From contig CM035353.1 in NCBI GenBank assembly GCA_020137815.1, positions 5,704,001 to 5,768,000 of the forward strand: a stretch of 64,000 nt of DNA, given 5' to 3'. The stretch's first letter is position 1. Every line of letters begins with the position of its first letter. Position numbers and translations under genes: made by a program. This stretch comes from Hormiphora californensis. Taxonomy: Eukaryota; Animalia; Ctenophora. Of this stretch, positions 59,614 through 64,000 are shown one piece after another. The notes under the pieces are model-generated. The model made no database searches. It was not told where the DNA came from and saw only the letters and a list, made by a program, of their open reading frames with translations.

Positions 59614-62600
59614 TTTGCTCTCTCCTTTTCATTCTTTTCCTCTCTTTCTTACTTGCTCTCTTCTTCTCTCACCCTGCCCCTCTAAACTATTCTTGCATTT
59701 AGGAATCGGGAGTGGTTACCATGGCGACGGAATGTCAGTAACTAAATCTTGGAAAACTCTCCAACATGTGCTCCCTGGGCAAAATGCCAGGTCCGCTAGA
59801 ACGATGCCACTTGGCACCGGACTCTCGAACCTATAACATTTCGTCACGTGACCAGACACTCACACACACAGTGCTGACGGTACCAAGGGGGTACTTTAAC
59901 CATACGTAGATTTGGAAATACACACCTTCGGGGTGGTAATTGCCAAATGCTCCTAGAGTCGGTAGGCATGGTCGGTAATTAGTTTACTCGTTAGTATTGG
60001 GAGCAATATGACGTGTAGGGCCTTAGAGAAGGCTCCAGAATAGTCACCTACGAGTTGGTCAACGCGTAAAAGTGTGAAAAATTTCCAACCTGGATTTTCT
60101 GTTTGAGTTGTTTAGTATCTTCAAGTCCGGCATCTTGGAGAGTTATTTCAAAGTCGCTGATGTCAAAGTTTTCCGAAACAGTATCAATTTCAGAAGCATA
60201 ACTTGGTCTCTTGTTTTGGCACTCATGAGGTGCTAACTGAAACATAAATTGAAATTTAACTAAAACTCATTGGTTGGTTTCGCTTAACCTCTCTTATTCA
60301 CTCTCCTTCTCTCTCCTTCTATCACACTCTATGTTCCTTGAACTACAGCTGCTATAATGCACCTTTCTCATACCCCCCCACTCTTTAGCCCCCCCATTCC
60401 TACCTGTCTACTACTACCCACGTTGTCCCAAGATGCCGAGTACACGCTGCTCGCACTACCAACTGTATCTGCTGTTGAAACCTTCCTGGGCTCATGATGA
60501 TCAACACTGAGATGTGAGTTGATGACAGTTTCGTCCAAACTTAGTCTCCGGGATTTACGTTTCCCGTGACGACGCAGACGCAACAACTGAAATATCATAG
60601 GATTGCGGGAGCTCGACAGTCATAAGTCATAAGTTATGATGGGAGATCTGTTAACTAACGCGAACGACAGAGATTCAAAAAGCAGAATCTCAATGCATAT
60701 CAATTATCAAACAGGATGTTCAATGACTACCTCTTGATCGAGAACCCGATTCTTCATATCATAGCACCGATTCTCTCTATTGAGATCTTCCACCTCCCTT
60801 CCAGCAGCTTCCACTCGACCTCTCAGAGTCTCCAACTCATAGGTTCTCCGCAGAGCGATGGTCTGGTGTCCTAGAATTCTGTCCTGGAGCTGCTCAATCT
60901 TGGAGACAACATCGGGGAATGAACTCCGATATGGGTTCAGTCCTAGCATCTTACTGATAACTTCCAGCGGCTCCTGACCGGCCTAAAATCATACAGTCAA
61001 GTTAGACAATCTAGGCAAGAATGAATTGATGAAAGCCTTCAAGTTTGACATCAAGTGCTGCTTGTAAAAGTTTATCAGGACAAAAACAAAGCAAGGAAGC
61101 AGTGTGCTGACACACAATACACTTTCTGATAAGGATGCATGCATTCAGCGTATATAATATATGGACAACAATATACCCTATAACGTGGCAAACCCCAAAA
61201 ACAATAAAGTTGTAATATAAATTAGGTGTATGCACTGAAATTCTTACCAAGATTCAAGTTTATCTTCTTTTCAGATCTGGGAGTTGATAAAATATATTGG
61301 TTTTATGTCATGCACATTCCAAATCATACTTGAACATTCCAAATCATACTTGAACATTCCAAAATCATCAGTAAATACAGTTATTTCAACTATTATATCT
61401 ATAGCGAATAGCGATTACCTACCTCTAGAGAGTTATTGGTGTGTTCGACAATGTCAACACTCTGAGACTTGTGACCTAGTCGAACCTTCACACAATTAAC
61501 AGTCTGCTGATCAGGAGTTTCCAGAGAGGGCAGGCTCTGAAGGGATAGTATATATTGAGTTGTTACCTCTTGTTTTGGGAAAAAAGACCCAAGATTCAGA
61601 GTAATTACTTCAATTATCAACAGCAAGGTAAAAAGTTTGATTTATTTTGTACAAACCTTACTTTTGTACATCATGTAAACACAACTAATTATGCATCACA
61701 TCAACAACAGAGAGAAACAACACTCTTAGAAACATTTACCCTTTGCTAGCTGTAGGACCTATCTCTTTAGACTCGTCGCTATGGTTACACAAAATGCAGG
61801 GGATGATCGAGAAACTGACACCACGTATAAACAATTAATCTGCCGGCATCCAGAAGATGGAGCATATATTGTGTGTCTGACAATCGCATAATAATTATAG
61901 CCCCTCTGGCCTCTCTGTGATACTTATCTATCTATTTTATTTAGCGACTAATAACCAACATAATATATGGAGCCCCCCCCCCCCCCCCCCGGCCCCGTAT
62001 TAGTAAACTAGCTTACAACAGAAAACAGTGCCTGCTTTTTGACCACACTTAAAAACTGTCTGCACGCTTTTCACTAAAAGGGTGAGAAATGTGTTAAAAA
62101 TGCCATATTCAATACAGCTGTATTGACTATTGTCGCCGGAGAAGACGCATGCTATTCTAATTATGTAAGATCTAAAATAGGGGTAATAAAATGCATTCCT
62201 TACAGGGAGTACAGGAACTCTTCTCCTTTGCTTGACCATTGAATAAAATAAACTTTACAGTATTATATACCCTGCTAACTTAAATAATGCGCCAGTGGCG
62301 AGAAGTCCCACTAGCGCGCTCTCGATAACCAGCCAGTCCAGCGGCAGATTATTTCCCACTGGCTGGCTGTTTATTATTAACTCCTATGTTACATTCAAAG
62401 TGTGTGTAAATGATCAGTTCTTACTGAAATACAGAGGGAACACTGTTTGCAAGAGTTACACACTGCATTGGAGAGAAAGAAACAACACATTCCGTCAATT
62501 TCTCTCTCTTTATCTCCCCTTTTGTTTCACTATCTCAATTCCTCTGTGTTATGTCTGGCATGCCCCATATCTTGTTATTTCTTTCTCTCTCTCCTTAGTA

Positions 62601-63234
62601 ACTGTTACCAAACAATATACACTCAATTGAGAGATGTTTTTGACTGTTTCTCAGTTCTCTTTGTGTGTTTTGATTAGTGTTTTATCTCTTGTTAGTGTGT
62701 AATACTTGAAACAAACAACTAAAGCAGGGTATATAACCCATAAACTCTGACCAATGGCACGTTATTGGTTTAAACCCCTCCGCCTCTCCCTCGGCTCCGC
62801 CTCGGGATCGTCGTCGTGATTTAAACCAGTTTATCCGCCACTGGCGGATAAACTACAGCTACCTTCTCCCAGCGGCGCGCTGGGAGAAAGGTATCTGAAA
62901 TAACGTGCCAGTGGCCAGAGTTTATGCCTCATATATCTCCTCTAGAGTCTAGAAATTATATCATCATCTCTGAACTTTACCTGGGTTTTGAGTGAGAGTG
63001 GAGGACAAACGGAAGGGTCATTTCGTGGTGTGGAAGAGCAGATTGGGGATCTGAAATAATTATCAATTTTACTGAAGTTTGTAGACAATTATACATACTG
63101 AAATACACTGGATCTAACACAGTAAAATTCAATATTGTTAAACTAATAATGATCATCATCATGACATACATGCTGCAGATGTTGAGGTAGTCCGCCACTG
63201 CTCTCGGGCTTGGTATAGATACTTTAAGATCCAT
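39966..63234 (-). CDS. Giant multi-exon coiled-coil protein (golgin/centrosomal-like), probably >2500 aa, TMF1-like C-terminal segment
   Basis: Dozens of E/K/L/Q-rich heptad exons with GT-AG ends, including a ~3.56-kb exon 53090-49525 (covers the 1065-aa ORF). Putative start MDLKVSIPSP at 63234; last exon ..RSQLIGMVDQLGLDLTERASIASVSTVCDNDQLI* (stop 39966). 5' exon structure uncertain. Confidence 0.8.
40231..41166. mobile_element. Non-autonomous DNA transposon with 4-bp TSD (Sola2-like)
   Basis: tagt|gggtcattctcatgaaattgacac...gtgtcaattttatgagaatgaccc|tagt. The interior is packed with short gtaacg/cgttac/acgacc repeats in both orientations. Confidence 0.75.
41958..42247. mobile_element. PIF/Harbinger-type MITE
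   Basis: Same TIR as 5973-6226, CAA TSD, largely palindromic interior. Confidence 0.85.
42658..42785. repeat. ~21-22-bp intronic minisatellite, ~6 copies
   Basis: Unit approximately gaatcacctgcattagcgtg(a/g)t. Confidence 0.85.
43928..44098. mobile_element. Tc1/mariner(pogo)-type MITE, cagtcggacccc family
   Basis: TIR and TA TSD as at 8652-8808. Confidence 0.9.
56984..57210. repeat. 46-bp intronic minisatellite, 5 copies
   Basis: Unit gcggcagttagagtttatagaatctgagcccttgacaatgagaagg. Confidence 0.9.
62730..62935. mobile_element. Small inverted-repeat element (MITE-like)
   Basis: cataaactctgaccaatggcacgttatt ... aataacgtgccagtggccagagtttatg with internal GC hairpins. Confidence 0.55.
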
Positions 63235-64000
63235 AATATGGGATTAACCTCATCCTAATCGAGTATGAAAGTTGATTTGGTAGGATCGGCGGCTTATAAT
63301 ATGGCGGGAATGGTGTGACAGGGATTGCCTTGTTTTTTAAAATAAAAAGGGTTTGAACAAAACAAGACATGGAAAAGGTTTCGACAAGCTAGTATTGTGA
63401 TGACCATGGTATGGCAATATGCCAACAATCAGGTGGTTGGAGTACCTGTATTTTCAGGTAGTGGCCAAAAACATAAATCATCTTAGAAAAAGTGCAGAGA
63501 CAAAGTCTGGGGTGTAGTTGATGTCAAGCTCCGAGGTAAAGGTGAGCTTTCTGAGCAAGAGTGTTTTATTATGCATGTAGTGCAGAACTTCGAATTGTTT
63601 GCTCGTGACCATCGTCCTATTTCAATCGTTCTGGAGTTGCGATTGAGATTTCTTTAGTTGTTTCCTCCATTGCATTGGTAACGCATAAAAGCGGTATATC
63701 AAATGTATGTGTTATTATTATTATTTCTATAGCTTTGATGAGTTTATTGCCAGGCAGGGTTTATGGTGGAGAGTTCAGAGTACTGCACTGCTGAAACAAG
63801 CACAGTTCCTAAAGGGACTCCGCTTCGCACCCTTTCCCATGAGGACCGTTCACCTGCATACACTACGTCTAGTAGGAGCGCTTATAGTCGAATTTTTTAA
63901 TCAAGGGACAGGCCCCCCTGTCCGACAGGGGGGGGGTCTTTTTGACGTTTTTTAAACGCGCATATCTCCGGTTGCTGATAAGATAAATACTTGAAATTTG

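Overview
Intron-rich, compact animal genomic DNA, not prokaryotic. The repeat families, short introns and divergent Shaker channel suggest a ctenophore (Pleurobrachia-like); this is an inference from recalled repeat sequences, not a database match. Gene models were spliced by hand from GT-AG sites and frame continuity. Contents: (1) 137-13303, eight co-oriented, tightly packed glutaredoxin-fold genes. Three have a CxxC active site (CTIC, CIWC, CKWC), five lack it, and seven carry a single extra C-terminal CxxC. Six of the seven complete genes have an unpaired splice acceptor just before the ATG, suggesting a trans-spliced, operon-like unit. (2) 13.3-23 kb, repeat-rich non-coding DNA, including a 12-copy TGACGTCA minisatellite. 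(3) 23093-30885, a Shaker/Kv1-family K+ channel with a PMT gate (likely a regulatory/silent subunit); its introns hold a (TTAGGGC)n array, a 1.4-kb foldback element and about 40 tandem copies of its own S4 splice donor. (4) A secreted F-type-lectin-like gene. (5) A four-LIM gene plus an extra LIM module on the minus strand. (6) A 23-kb minus-strand gene for a giant coiled-coil protein with a TMF1-like C-terminus and LC8-type motifs. Many MITEs, palindromes and microsatellites are present.
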